NCBI RefSeq assembly: GCF_009914755.1
Contig: NC_060937.1
Length of the DNA: 64,000 nucleotides
Direction: 5' to 3' (one strand)
From: the human T2T-CHM13v2.0 reference genome, Homo sapiens
How positions within the stretch are numbered: the stretch's first letter is position 1; each line of letters starts with the position of its first letter. The position numbers were made by a program, and so were the translations under genes. Positions 39,007 through 52,990 of the stretch are shown here, piece by piece. The notes under the pieces were generated by a model, which saw only the letters and a program-made list of their open reading frames with translations, had not been told where the DNA came from and did not search any database.

Positions 39007-41378
39007 TGTATTAGTCTGTCATCACATTGCTATAAAAACTACCTGAGACTGGATACTTTATGAAGAAAAGAGGTTTAACTGACTCACAGTTCTGCAGCTT
39101 AACAGGAATCATGACCAGGAGGCCTCAGGAAACTTACAATCATGGCAGAAGGTTAAGGGGTAGCAAGCACCTTCTTCACATGGCAAAAGGAGAGAGAGAG
39201 AGCAAAGGGGGAAGTGCCACACTCTTTTAAGCCATCAAATCTCATGAGAACTCTTTCACTGTCACAAGAACAGCAAAGGGGAAATCCGCTCCCATGATTC
39301 AGTCACGTCCCACCAGGCCCCTCCTCCAATTTGACATTAGATTTGAGCAGGCACACAAATCCAAACCATATCATTCTTCCCCTAGCCTCTCCTAAATATC
39401 ATGTTCTTCTCACATTGCAAAATACAACTACCCCTTCTCAATAGCCCCCAAGTCTTAACTCATTTCAGCATTAACTCAAAAGTCCACAGTCCAAAGTCTC
39501 ATCTGAGACAAGGCAAGTCCCTACAACCTATGAGTATGTAAAATAAAAAATAAAAAAAAATTAAAAAAAACAAGTTAGTTACTTCCAAGATACAATAGGG
39601 GTATAGGCACTGGGTAAACACTCTCATTCGAAATGGGAGCGACTGGCCAAAACAAAGGGGCTACCATCTCCATGCAAGTCTGAAACCAAGAAGGATAATC
39701 ATTAATCTTAAAGCTCCAAAATAATCTCCTTTGGCTCCATGTCTCATATCCAGGGCATGCTGATGCAGGAGGTGGGCTCCCAAGACCTTGGGCACTCTAT
39801 CTCTGTAGCTCTGCAGGGTACAGCCCTCTCAACTTTTTTCACAGGCTGGTGTTGAGTGCCTGCGTCTTCCAGGCACACGGTAAAAGCTGTCAGTGGATCT
39901 GCCATTCTAGTGTCTGAAAGACAATGGCCCTCTTCTCACATCTGGGGGCTGCAACCACACATTTTCCCTCCACACTTCTCTAGTAGAAGTTCTCCATGAA
40001 GGCTCTGACCCAGCAGCAGACATCTGCCTGGACATCCAGGCATGTCCATACATCCTCTGAAATCTAGGAATAGGTTACCAAACCTCACCTCTTGCCTTCT
40101 GTGCAACCATAGGCCCAACACCCATGGAAGCCACGAAGGCTTGCAGCTTACCCTCTCTGAAACCATGCCCTGAGCTGTACCTTGGCCCCTTTTAGCCATG
40201 GTTGGAGCTGGAGCAACGAGGATGCGGGGTGCCATGTCCTAAGGCTGCACAGAACAGCTGGGCCCTGGGCCTGGCCCATGAAACTATTTTTCCCTGCTAG
40301 ACTTTTGGGCCTGTGATGGAAGGGGCTGCTGTGAAGGTCTGTGAAATGCCCTGGAGGCATTTTCCCCATTTTTTTGGCTATTAACATTCAGTTCCTCTTT
40401 ACTTATGCAAATGTCTACAGCAGGCTTGAATTTCTCCCTAGAAAATGAGGTTTTATTTTCTACCACATGGCTGGCTCCAAATTTTCCAAACTTTTGTGCT
40501 CTGCTTCCATTTAAATATAAGTTCCAGTTTCAGATAATCTTACTTCATGCAAAGGAACGTACACTTTTATAAATTTCACAAAATTTACTCTTTTGTAAAT
40601 ACACTTTATTTATATCTTGAATGCTTTGTAGCTTAGAAATTTTTTCTGCCGGATACCCAAATCATTTCTCTCAAGTTGAAAGTTCCACAGATCTCTAGGG
40701 CAGAGGCAAAATGCCACCACTCTCTTTGCTAAAGCATAGCAAGAGTTACCTTTACTCTAGTTACCAATAAATTCCTCATCTTCATCTGAAACCACCTCAG
40801 CCTGAACTTCATTGTCCATATCACTATCAGCATTTGGTCAAAACCATTCAACAAGTCTCTAGGAAGTTTCAAACTTTCTGACATCTTCCTGTCTTCTTCT
40901 GAGCCCTCCAAACTGTTCAAATCTCTGCCAGTTACCCAGTTCCAAAGTCACTTCCACATTTTCAGGTATCTTTATAGCAATACCCCACTCCTGGTACCAA
41001 TTTTCTGTGTTAGTCCATTCTCATACTGCTATAAAGAGCTACCTGAGACTAGGTAATTTTTGAAGAAAAGAGGTTTAATTGACTCACAATTCTGCATGCT
41101 TAACAGGAACCATGACTAGGAGGCCTCAGGAAACTTACAATCATTGTGGAAAGTTAAGGGGAAGTAAGCACCTTTCTCACATGGTGGCAGGGGAGAGAGA
41201 GAGAAAGCTAAGAAGGAAGTGGCACATACTTTTAAACCATCAGATCTTGCAATAACTCACTCACTATCATGAGAAGAGCAAGGGTGAAATCCACCCCCAT
41301 AATCCAATCACCTCCCACTAGGCCTCTCCTTTAATTTGACATGAGATTTGGATGGATACACAAACCCAAACCATATCG
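39007..41378 (-). mobile_element. Complete MaLR element (MSTA/THE1D-like): LTR 39007-39373, internal 39374-41005, LTR 41006-41378
   Basis: Two ~370 bp direct LTRs (tgtattagtc/tgtgttagtc ... ccaaaccatatc) flanking a ~1.6 kb MaLR internal region; minus ORFs such as 'NSLEGSEEDRKM.ESL.LPRDLLNGFDQ' are typical of MaLR-int. Confidence 0.92.
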
Positions 41379-42299
41379 CTTAGCCTGGCAGGATCTCCTC
41401 TCGAAAGGCCTTAAACCATCAGCACCCAATACCAGTTTATCCATCATGAATGAGAGCTGGGGCATGCTCACAGACTACTCTCCAGCCTGACAAATCCTGA
41501 CCTGAAATTGCTTATTTTAAGTGTATTGAAAAAAATATTTCCTACGTATATTGTAGTGTGCTCATTTTTACCATCCTCTGACTCTATGTTCTATTTTATT
41601 GCGTATAAAAACAAATGTTTTTGTAAAAAAATTACCTGTTGATTTAAGTCTTAAAGTGCAAATAGAATAAGACCCTTCTCTAGAAAGAGATGGCCAGAAA
41701 CCCGCTGTGATTATTCACAGCAGAGCATGGAGTCCTATGAGAAATCTCTCCCTGCCCAGCAGTGTGAGAGTAGGGTCCAGGGGATACACTGCACCAGCCA
41801 AGAAGCACGAAACACAGGAATGGAAGTGGAGTGTCTTCCTGGAAGACATATGTTCCTTTTTTCTCAATTCACTAGACAGGTGGGGGCAGTGATAACTTAA
41901 TTGAAAGCAGAAGGGGAGAAGCTGCCTCAGGCAGCTTGCACTCTCGGAAAGCACTTGGAATCATAGCAGAGAAAGACTTTGATTGATTTAATTACCACTC
42001 AAGTGTAGAGAGGTTGGAGCCCACAGGCATACTCCAAGCATGCACAAGTTCCTTCTGTTAGATAAAATTTATGCTATTGAGAAAGAATAAAGCTGGAAGG
42101 ATGAGAAAGAATCTGGAAGTATTGTCTTCTAAAGAGGAAATTGCTATTCTTCTAGTTCTATGCATCTATGCAAAAACGGAATGCTATAGTGTTACCAGCA
42201 TCTGCTTTATTTTCTCCTTTTCACCTCCAGAGGATGGGGCAAGGCAATTCCTCAAACAGGAGGTGCCTGGTAACTGTTTCTGCCCAAGTAATTGTAATT

Positions 42300-42540
42300 G
42301 ATGGTTCATACTATAGAATACTTACTATGTGCCAAATATTGTTCTAAGATGCATATTACATTTATCAAGTAATAACCCTTACTACAACTGGATATTTAAG
42401 GTTGGTACTATTATGATCCCCATTTTGCAGAGGAAGAAACTGAGAATTCCTGATTTCTCAGAAGCAGAAGAGCCAGCATTGGAATACAGGCAGTCTGGCT
42501 TTAGAATCCATGTTTCTAATTACTACAGTATACTGCCTCT
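42300..42540 (-). mobile_element. MIR SINE
   Basis: 'cttactatgtgccaaat...attatgatccccattttgcagaggaagaaactgag...ggcagtctggctttagaatcc'. Confidence 0.8.
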
Positions 42541-43287
42541 GAATTATAGCATGACAAATGATAAAAGAGAAGGGGTGAGAGAGATGGGGCAAATGACAAA
42601 GGCTACAAGGTAGTACATACTCAGAAACTTCTATTTCATGTTAGGTATCCCTAGGATGACTGATAGCAACTAAGAACAATGTTTACAAACCTAAGGAATG
42701 GTGATGGGTCACAACTGATTTGATTAAATAAAATTGAATTCCACTAGATTGTGTCCCTAATAGAAGACCTGTAGATTTCACCCCTAGCCAGTGTTAGTGG
42801 CACCTGGGAACTTACATAGTTATCACCGAATGAAGACATACCCTCTGCCCTTGTTATGCAGTATAAGGGTCCCAGGGAACAAGTAATCATCAAGAAATAG
42901 TGATGCTTGATTAAATATGTAATCTATATTATTTTGGTAAGATTAAATCCCATCTCTTGGTAGGGGATTACACATTTCTCTAGCTTTGCGTGTTCTTAGG
43001 AGTGAAAAGTGAATTGAGTGAGGATTTATTACTGACAGGGCCTCCTCCTTATTGGAAAGTCCAGATAGATATTTTATGGGAACTCCAGTCACTGTAACCC
43101 AGTGAATTAGCATCATTTAAAATATTCCTATCTGGGTGACAGATACACATTAGTTACAGGAGAGCAATATCAATACAGCTCAAAAAACAGATCTGGAGTG
43201 CCTAAGGAAGCAGAGTATTCATTAATTAATGGCTCCTGCTATGGTTAGAAAAGTATGGGGAAGAAATAGCTGGCATCCTATATTGGT

Positions 43288-43410
43288 GTGACAGTCCATT
43301 GGAAAAGAACAGGTGAAGAAATCTTTATAGGTTTACTAGATATTACCAGTCAAACTAATACCACCACCCCCAAAATTCCCATGTATAAAAAGGTATTGCT
43401 GATAAACGTC
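43288..43410 (+). pseudogene. ERV-L-like protease remnant, N-terminal half
   Basis: Translates VTVHWKRTGEEIFIGLLDITSQT, similar to the HERV-L-type VTVHWGKG..TF.GLLDTGS active-site region; continues after 44166. Confidence 0.75.
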
Positions 43411-43525
43411 TGCTTAAGATCATATTTTCCAGGAGGCAAACTCTGTGTGGAGATTAGTGTCTAGGAAAATTACTAGGAAGAAAGCAGATTTTGAAAAAGG
43501 GAAATCTTATGCTGTGGCAAGGTCA

Positions 43526-43946
<421 letters not shown>

Positions 43947-44269
43947 TTACTTGATCATATATAGGTAGCTGTGAAGGGCATAGCCCTTCACAGTTGTCCT
44001 AAATTACAGAGAGACAGATGGGGCTTCATAGCTTTGCAGTGGCCTGTGACTGGGTGTGAGGTACCCTGTGAAAAGGATATGTTATTGACTAGTAACTCTT
44101 TTGAGCTGAGGCAGTTCCCTTCGGTTCTCAGTGGATGTCTGAACAACATAGCACAACATTCACGCAATGTCATAGTTTTGGACGGGCCATAACACAGTAG
44201 TGCAAGTCAAGGCCCAAATATAAGTATAGGTAAATAGTTATAGAAATTGCAATGGATCTGGCAGAATGC

Positions 44270-44730
44270 TCTGTCAAAAGCTGATTCATCTGTGGGGCCA
44301 CACTCTGGAGCTTGGGGCTTTGGATAGAAATAGAACAAATCTCCCGACATGTTAAATGCAAATACCCACCAAAGGGGCAGTTCTCCACCTGCCTTTTGGA
44401 ATTGCAAAGCAGATATTATTACAGAGATGTCTGAAATTACAACCTGGCCTCACATCTAATAGGCTCAGAATGGCTGGGTGCTATCTTATTGTGGACTAGA
44501 AAACACTTTGTGCCACTAACCAAGAATAAAGCAATCACAGCAGCAGCCCTCCAAGCCAGCAAGAAACCTTCATGATTATAGCATCATAAAACTGCTCCCA
44601 AGGGCACAAAGGAAGCCCAGGTTTAAAAAGTGGACTACATGACATCTTTACCATCAAGGCCAGGTGAAAATATGCCTTGACCTGACTGCACTGGATTCTT
44701 TCTCTGGATAGAGAAAGCTTGTGCCTGCAT
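44270..44730 (+). pseudogene. ERV-L-like pol remnants (tether/RNase H region and integrase core start)
   Basis: Frameshifted 'KYPPKGQFSTC', 'EITTWPHI**AQNGWVLS', 'TAPKGTKEAQV*KVDYMTSLPSRPG', 'KYALT', 'ALDSFSG'; compare HERV-L-type YSPFE.QLLAC, VTMRPELPIMNWVLS, TIPRGDQPATWWQVDYIGPLPSWKG, GIDTYSG. Confidence 0.75.
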
Positions 44731-45424
44731 CAACTGTAATTATTATCCTCACCAATCTAACTGTACACCCATAAGCATAAACCCAAATGATCACCAGTGA
44801 AAAAATAGTAATTTTACAGCCAAAGCTATACAGTATTAGGCAAAAACGGGCCATGTGCATTGGACGTCCCAGTTACTTAATAACCACTAAATTTTGAAAT
44901 AGACTGATAGTAATTCATGTGAAAATTACCATGCCAATGTTTATCTATCTAGCTAAAAAAATCGACACAGCCACACAATGTGGTTCTGTCTAAAAGGAAA
45001 AAAATATTTATTTAATGTTCCTTCAATAATGGAAGAAGTAAGCATGGTGTTAATTTTACACAAACTCCCTGAGGTACAAGCAGAAGATTCACATATTATA
45101 TCAGTATTCACCACAGTGAATGTCAGTATTCACCACAGTGCAAGTAACAGAAGTTGTCTCACTCTGCAGATGACCTTGATTCATGCTAATACTATAATTT
45201 AAATATCCATGATTTCCTTTAAAAAGAGATATTACTGATTGGGAGACTTATTCATTTATACAATATTTTTTTTTGTTGCAGCAGGGATACCAGTAGTGGG
45301 GCTTATTGTATCTCCCATCCTTCCACAATGACTTATCACAGTAGTTCACTCACCACTGGGGGCCAGAATTCCTCAGAATTGGGATCTGCATAATGTAAGG
45401 TACTAGGCCCCATAGGCCCCACAG

Positions 45425-45720
45425 ATGTTATATACAAGCTCTCTGGAAATAAGGGAATGGAAATTGAAAAGTATGATTGCTAATATTTTCACCACTATAA
45501 AAATTATTGGTAATATTGTTACAAGAATTCAGGCAGCTCTTCTAAAGGAAGTGGATAGAATTTATGAAGTTGTAATACTAAATCACTTGGCCCTCAACTT
45601 CTTTCTGGCAGTTTGGAGGATTTACACACTATGTTAGATATATCAGGTCCTGGTCTATAAAAATATCTGTATAAATCAGTCAGGGATTTGGGGGAAAAAA
45701 TTAAAATACAATGGTTTATC
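45425..45720 (+). pseudogene. Gamma-type env transmembrane subunit remnant
   Basis: ORF 45425..45637 reads 'KSMIANIFTTIKIIGN...AALLKEVDRIYEVVILNHLALNFFLA' (heptad repeat plus ISD-like VVLQNR.ALD.LLA), then frameshifted 'GG' and 'ICINQSGI'. Confidence 0.7.
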
Positions 45721-46566
45721 AGCCACTGTACCTTAAAACAGGACAACAGGAATTGAAGGTGGTTCCAAAACCGTTCCAATTAGTGTCTGAGGGTGAGTGC
45801 AATGAACTGTTCACTTACCAAAAAATAGGATAATGTGCCTTGTAGCAATTAAGTTAGCAATAACATGTTTTCTTACTAGGTAGAAAGAATTACTGCAGGT
45901 ATTATGTTGTTCTTGATTATTAAGTTTCATCAGAGAACAGGAGATTGCCACTGAGTTAGATTACAATTTCATTGTTTCATTGTATTTATGCATGCATGAT
46001 ACCTGATCATCATCATAAAACATAAAAACAGTAGAGCAAAATGACCTTGATAGGTCAAAGGAAAATATTTTGACCAAAACCTAGATATGAGTTGTGCTAA
46101 AGGTACATGCACTGTGATATGAACAGGGCATAAGAGATGCTGTAACATCCCATGGCTACAGTCCCATGGCTGCAGACTATCCATGCCATCCACCTGATGC
46201 TCCCCTCAGAGAATATGGAGAGACTCAGAGTAATCTTGTCACTAAATAACCCTGGTCAAGTGCATTCTGGATTCATTTGCTAATAATATATCTTTTCAGC
46301 TACCAAAGTAAAATTTTACTTTTATAAGATTTATATGTCGATGTGCTCATTTTCACCAAACCTGGCAGAGCAAGATTTGTGTGCCTACATTGAGAAGCTA
46401 AAAATCTTGTCCACATTTTTATAGTGGACTTCACAGTATTCTAATGCACATATGACTTTCTGCAAACCCTGTGCTTTTAATCACTGTACTTTATTGCCAC
46501 AGACAACTTAAATTATACATATCACAATTACATTATATGACTTGCCACAAAAAAATGTCTCTTCCA

Positions 46567-46861
<295 letters not shown>

Positions 46862-47656
46862 GTCTCTTTCAATACATGTCTTATAATTTTAAAGGGTGCC
46901 ACTTTTTACCAAAGCCAATATTAATCTAAATGCATTTCAGGATTGATTGTGGCCTCCTTCTCCCCACCACATTCAATTGACGATTACATCCATTGATTAC
47001 ACCTCCTATATAATTACTGAATCTTTCTTCTCAGACTCGAGCTTTACTGCTGATTCAATTACCTCCCACTTTGACTCGTGTGGAAACCATATATAAATAA
47101 TTATCCTGTCTCTAGAATTGGTCCCTAGAAAATTAGTCCTTCACACTATGACCATAGAGACTTTCTAGATCTTCTAGAAACATAGGAACTTTCATTACTA
47201 TGATCATGTTACTCTCCTTTATAGTGGTTTCCCATGGCTTAATTAATCATTGACAAACCCTTTTAATTAATACCTAAAAACCCTTTATGAATTATAATCT
47301 ACTTTTAAAATCATTTCTAATGAATGTTCTTTTCACCCTGCTTCTGAAAATTTACATTTGCCAAAATTAGCCACATTATTTTGTTCATCCATAGCTCTGT
47401 CATTATCCTCAACTTGAATAGTTTTCCTGCTTGGTAACATATATTCTCCTTTCAAAACATTTTACACTTTATGCCTTGCCTTCGTTGACTTCCAATGATC
47501 ATTCTTTCTTGTTTAGGCATTGAGACCTCAGTCACAAGTATAATGCCAGGGATTTAGTAGTCATTAAATTAATATTTAGTGAGTAAGTAAACAAACAAAA
47601 GATGAATGATGAAATTTCATCATCCATATTTTCAACAGGCACCATATGTAGCTCTA

Positions 47657-48063
47657 TGTGGTAGGAAGACCCTAAGATGGCTCTAATGATCCCAACTCTT
47701 GATATTTATGAATACAATATGGCAGAAATGATCACATCACTTCCAAGATTATATTATAAAATAATTGTGATTACTGCCTTGTGGGCTGTCTTTCATTTTC
47801 TCTTGTTTTATTTGCCCTGAGGGAAAACAGTTGCCTGATGCAGGCCTATGGAGAGGCAGTTCAGAAGAAGCTGAGTCTTTAGCTAAGACAATAGGTTCAG
47901 CTGATGGGGATATAAAGCTTCATCAAAGAATTTGAACCAAAGATACCCAGCTTAGCCACAGCTGGATTTCTGACCTACAGAGAGTAAGAGATAATAAATG
48001 TATGCGGTTTTAAGATGCTAAATATGAGGTAACTCATCATGAAGTCATAGTTATCTAAATTAT
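47657..48063 (+). mobile_element. MLT1-family LTR (MLT1F-like, internally deleted)
   Basis: 'tgtggtaggaagaccctaagatggct...tcacttccaagatta...tctgacctacagaga...gataataaatgt...ttttaagatgctaaa'. Confidence 0.75.
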
Positions 48064-48401
48064 ACTATAAATGCATGGCTAAATGTACTCTAGATGTTAA
48101 AACAAATGCACAAACAAACATTTAAGAATATTGTAACAATGCTTGTGTTTTTTTTTTAAACTTATTCATGAGGTGAAATCATGTACAAGTTTGTGGCGTG
48201 CACTAGTTTAAATATTAGAAAATAGTGGAGAACTAGCATAGATGAACAGCATAAATACGTGTAACGTAGAATTGTGGAAAAAAAAACAGATGATCCATGT
48301 AAGATAATGCTAGTATATATTTTTCTTACACGTTTTCCTATAATTATATGGCGCTTGGTTCTGAATATGCTACTTTTTAACAGACCGAACTATTTGTGTT
48401 G

Positions 48402-49100
48402 CCATATTTCTATGATGCTAGGATGGACATTTTGTCACATTAAAACATTTCTTAAACTGGGTAGATCTTAAAATTGATGGCATTGTTCAAATGCTGGTGA
48501 GCAGCAGCCATTCATCATGGCTGTCACTGCCTGTGAAACCTGATTGTTGGAAATCCAGGTAGCATGACCAGACAACTGTAACTCCTCAAAGTTTCAGTTG
48601 ACAAAACTATTTAAAGAAATACGACATCCAGCTATTATGTGCATATCGGCTTAGACTTTCTGGAAAGATCAAGAATGCAATGGCATCAAAATTTGCCATA
48701 GGAGGCGATGAGTTGAGTGAAAATCTCAGAGGCAAGAACAGAGTACCATTTTAGAAACTACTCCATTACCAATATTCTTAATATACAGATGGTGGTATTG
48801 TTCAAAAAACGGTGAATGTGGGCAACTCCCAGCTGAGAAAAGATCAAGAAAACCTCAGTGGGAAGACAGGAATCCTTATCTACTATTATTTATTAATATT
48901 TTCTCTTTCTATATTGATAATATATTTAATAAAAATATGTTTAAATCTGTTATAGTAGCTTTTAAATAAGAATAAAGTATTCTAAATAATTTAAAGTATT
49001 TCATCACAGTTCAATTAGCAGCACATTTTTTCCTTAGTGTCGTGTAAATTAACGGTGTGCTTCATAGAGAGGAAGCCTCTGACATAATAAAGTCTAATAT
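48402..49100 (+). mobile_element. Kanga/MER104-like TcMar-Tc2 DNA transposon fossil
   Basis: 5' end 'ccatatttctatgatgctaggatggacattttgtcacattaaaacatttc...tcttaaaattgatggc' and 3' end 'ttttccttagtgtcgtgtaaattaacggtgtg'. Confidence 0.55.
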
Positions 49101-50449
49101 ATTCCTGGGAACTTCACAGATTGATATCTATCTTACCTGGTTCTTGAAGGAATTTGAGTTGGCCTAAAACATATATATATATATAAACAGACAGTACAGC
49201 AGATCATCTAAGTTACATATATGCATTTACAAATCACATCGCAAAATTATAAATACAACTTTTACAATGCTGTAGAACAAAAATAAATATTTTTAAAAAT
49301 CCTTAAAATTTATGAATCTTTTTATGACACCTGTTGTAGACCAGCAGTCTCTAATGGAGAGGAGAAGTATTGGAATTTAAATATTATGTTCCTCCAGGTT
49401 TTAGGGTCATGTAAAGAACTGATTTAGGGCTGTTTAATGCAGGTAATCTGGAAAGCTCTCTTTGACCAGCAAAGAAAACACCATTTGGAGTATTCCTGTA
49501 AATTTAGCTAATAGAAAATAATCTAGTCCATGTTTACTCCGGAATAAAACATTGTTAAAAGCCTTGGGAACAGTGAGGTTAAACTAGGATATAAATAAAT
49601 GCTTGTTAAATAAAATGAAATTTTAAAAAGTGAAGTCAGGTAGCTGTAATGAGGCTGGTGAATGGACGAAATGGAATACTAGTGTTTGGTGTTTGGGTTG
49701 AATAGGCAAGAAGCTGTGCTTGTATTTCAGGGCTGTAGTCTTTGCTAAACATCTGACTTACACGATTCCCAGAAGACACGTGACGTTAGTTCATAACAAG
49801 GAAGCACAAAAAAGTTAGAACTTGATATTTTGATAGATTAATTTTCTGAGATTTCCCACATTGGGAAAGATAAAATGTTATTTTAAATGTTTCTTCTTAC
49901 ACTCCCCAGTGCCTCTGTTTTACTGTAAAAAGCCTACATTCTGCTGGAAACTATTGAAAAGTGTAAAATATAGTTTTGGAATCTGCTTGGGAAAAATATA
50001 AGACCCAGAACAAATGAACATATAAATTATTACCATGTCTTTCTTCAGGACAACAGTAATTTTCATTCATTGTTGTTTTGCTACTGTTTTTGACCTTTAA
50101 GTGTTCAAGATCCAAATATTAACTGGCAGTGAATTCTGTCAGTTCTGGAATGAACTTTGGAAAAAGAAATAGGCTCACATTTCTTGGGAACTTCAAAGGA
50201 GAGGGGATAATTTACTGCCTTCTTTTGAGGCTTAGCTACTAACTCCAGAAATTAGACGATGCTGCAGGCTGCCATGAATGACTGGGCAGGAAAAAAATAA
50301 TCAAAACATTATCGTTTAAACCAGTGTAGCTGATTATGATATAAGTATGACAATGAAATGGTCACTTGCTGTTGATTGAAATTTAAAAATATAATAATAT
50401 TGATTGATTTTTAAATATTGTTATATTTAGCAGAGTAATATATGAATTC

Positions 50450-52450
50450 AGTCTCAAATCAAAAGCATAAACAGCTTACATCGAATAGCCACTTTCTCCT
50501 GTTCTCTCCTTTTCCATCCATGGTTCCTCTCTTAGATGTCACTTCTTAAAATGTTTTTATTTTGATTTTTTGATGTTTATTTTTCTTACTCTCAATATTT
50601 TATTTACAGTTACATTCTTTGATTAACAAATGTGGAATATTTTTTCTCCCCCTTTATAAAATGTATGGATTTCAATGGATTCTGCCACCTCTCCTTTTCC
50701 CAGTGCTTGATATTTATGTTACTTTTAGGTCTTTTCTTGATTGGTTTTTCTAACTTGACTGAATATATGTAAACTTCAGTTAGGCTTTCCATCTCCTTTA
50801 GTCTTCAATATGTAAGGTGAAGATTTTAGCTTCATTATGTATTTTTTAAAACCTTCCTCTCCCTTTCCATGCCTTACCTCCTTTCAGCTCTGCTTTCGAT
50901 TTACACTGTAACTACATTTAGCCACAACGTTATTCATAGTTGTATTCCACAGTCACAACAAAATCTTCTGTACTGTGTTAATAGGTTTACTTTAAAAGCC
51001 AAAAAAAATAATAAACTAGCTCCAGGTTATCATTACTACATAAATATATATTTTTGTAATACTGAGCTAAGCTGTTGTGTCTTAATTTCCTTCTCTAGAA
51101 GTCTAATGTAGGATCTCTTGGTTCATGCTACACATTGCCATTAATTAATTCTCTTATAGTCATTCACTCACTTTCAATATTGACTTATTTTTATTCACTC
51201 ATAGCTTAATCATGTTTTCGTCCTTTTTGTTTTAGTTGTTTTCTTTTTTTTTTCATTGTATTCCAGTTTCATTTGCTGTGTTACATCCTGCGTCTTCTTT
51301 GTCTCACACTTGCATCCATGCTTTCCTCTGTCTCAAGCCTCTTTTCTTCCTGGAAAAATTATTCCGATTTTCTCTGTCAACCTTGGATTTCCATTCATTT
51401 CTCTCCCGGATTTGGTAATGGCTTTCCTGATATCTGAGTTTCTCTTCCTCCCCCTTTTCCTGGGTTATATCTTTTACTTCTTTTAAAAAGCCTATAGACG
51501 TGAAACATTTTGAAACACACCTGTCTACATGGTCTTTATTCTGCACACACAGTAACATTTGGTGCAATTTATTGTGCTCTGACATTTTTCCTCAGAGCAT
51601 CCCAGTAATTGTTCAACTGTTTTTTGCATCTATTATTACTGATATCAAGCCCAATATCAGTATAATGCTATTCTGTTGCTTTTTCATCTCTTGGTATCAC
51701 TCAGGTAGTTATAGCTATATATGGGTAATTTTCATCCATTCTTTTCACTGAACCCTTTTAATCTGAAGGCTCAATTTTTTCCAATTGTAGAAAATTATTG
51801 ACCATTCTTTCTATTTATTATTTTCTCCTTTGTATTTTTTTGCTCATGAACTTGTATTAGATGAATGATAGGCCTCTTCAATTATTCTTTTGCATATATT
51901 TTCTCTCATATTGTCTCTCTTTATTCTCGTGTTCCATAATCATGGAGGTTTCTTAATTTTTATTTTATTTAGTTCTTTTTGACCACATTATTATTAACAT
52001 ATTTTAACATATTTAATGCTTTGCCTTGAAGAATTCCATTTTGTTCTATAATTATTCCAGTAGCATTTGTAGCAATTGTTTAATATTAAAAGTTTCTTCA
52101 GAAATTGTTCTAGATACAGTAATCATAGAGAATTCGTTTTACCTTTTTTTTCCAGTAATTTTATGTTATTACAATTAGCTTGATTTTTTTCTCTTTTTAT
52201 TTTTAAATTCATTTTGCTTGTTTTTTTCCATTTATTTTGCTCAATAATCCTTGGTTCACTGTATTTAGGACAGGTCATGTCTGTAGCTTGGATAGCTTTG
52301 CCTGTTAATAGGTAAGACTGTTTTATTAATGGGAATCTTGACTACAGTCTCTGGGGGCAAGACAGGGGTGTGGCAGTGAGGCCTCACTCTCTATTTTAAT
52401 CTGTGGTGCAATCATCCAGAAGAAAATTAGTTCTCTCCAAATAGTATGTT
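50450..52450 (-). mobile_element. Very old L1/HAL1-like fragments
   Basis: T-rich strand bias and 'tttttcctcagagca...gttcaactgtttttt...ttactgatatcaagccc'; boundaries uncertain. Confidence 0.35.
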
Positions 52451-52564
52451 TACGTTCTTTATCTTGGCAGTAAAAAACCAACAGCTAACAGCTTTTCTGG
52501 CAGAGAGGGACTAGAAGGGACCACCCAAGGCTCTTATTCTGATTTTATTTTTCACGTTGTTTCA

Positions 52565-52990
52565 TTTTTAACAGCTTTATTGGGTATAATTGACATACCA
52601 TACACAGCACATATTTAAAGTTAATGTACAGGTTTGGTGAGATTTTACACATGCATATACCTGTGAAATCATCATCACAATCAAGATAATGAACATATTT
52701 ATCACTCCCAAAATTTCCCCGCAGAAGTTCCCCATGGCTCTGTGTAACCCCTTCCTCTCCTCCCTACCTAAGCAACCACTGATTTGTTTTCTATCACTAT
52801 AAATTAGTTGGACATGTCTAGAATTTTACATACATGAAATTACATATTATGTACTCTCTCTTATCTGGCTTAATTTCACTTTGTATAATTATTATGAGAG
52901 TTCTTTGCATATTCTGGATAAGATACAAGTCCTTTACCAGATAGGTGATTTGAAAAAATATTCTCCTAGTCAGTGGCTTAAGAATGTCTT
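52565..52990 (-). mobile_element. L1MB/L1MC-type 3' end
   Basis: 'aacagctttattgggtataattgacatac...acctgtgaaatcatcatcacaatcaagataatgaacat...gcaaccactgat...tatattctggata..caagtcctttaccagata'. Confidence 0.75.

Noticed and set aside
46060-46300. Possible 3' LTR of the decayed class III ERV
   Set aside because: Composition is LTR-like, but I found no clear polypurine tract, TG...CA ends or matching 5' copy (38560-38900 and 41380-41510 do not align by eye).
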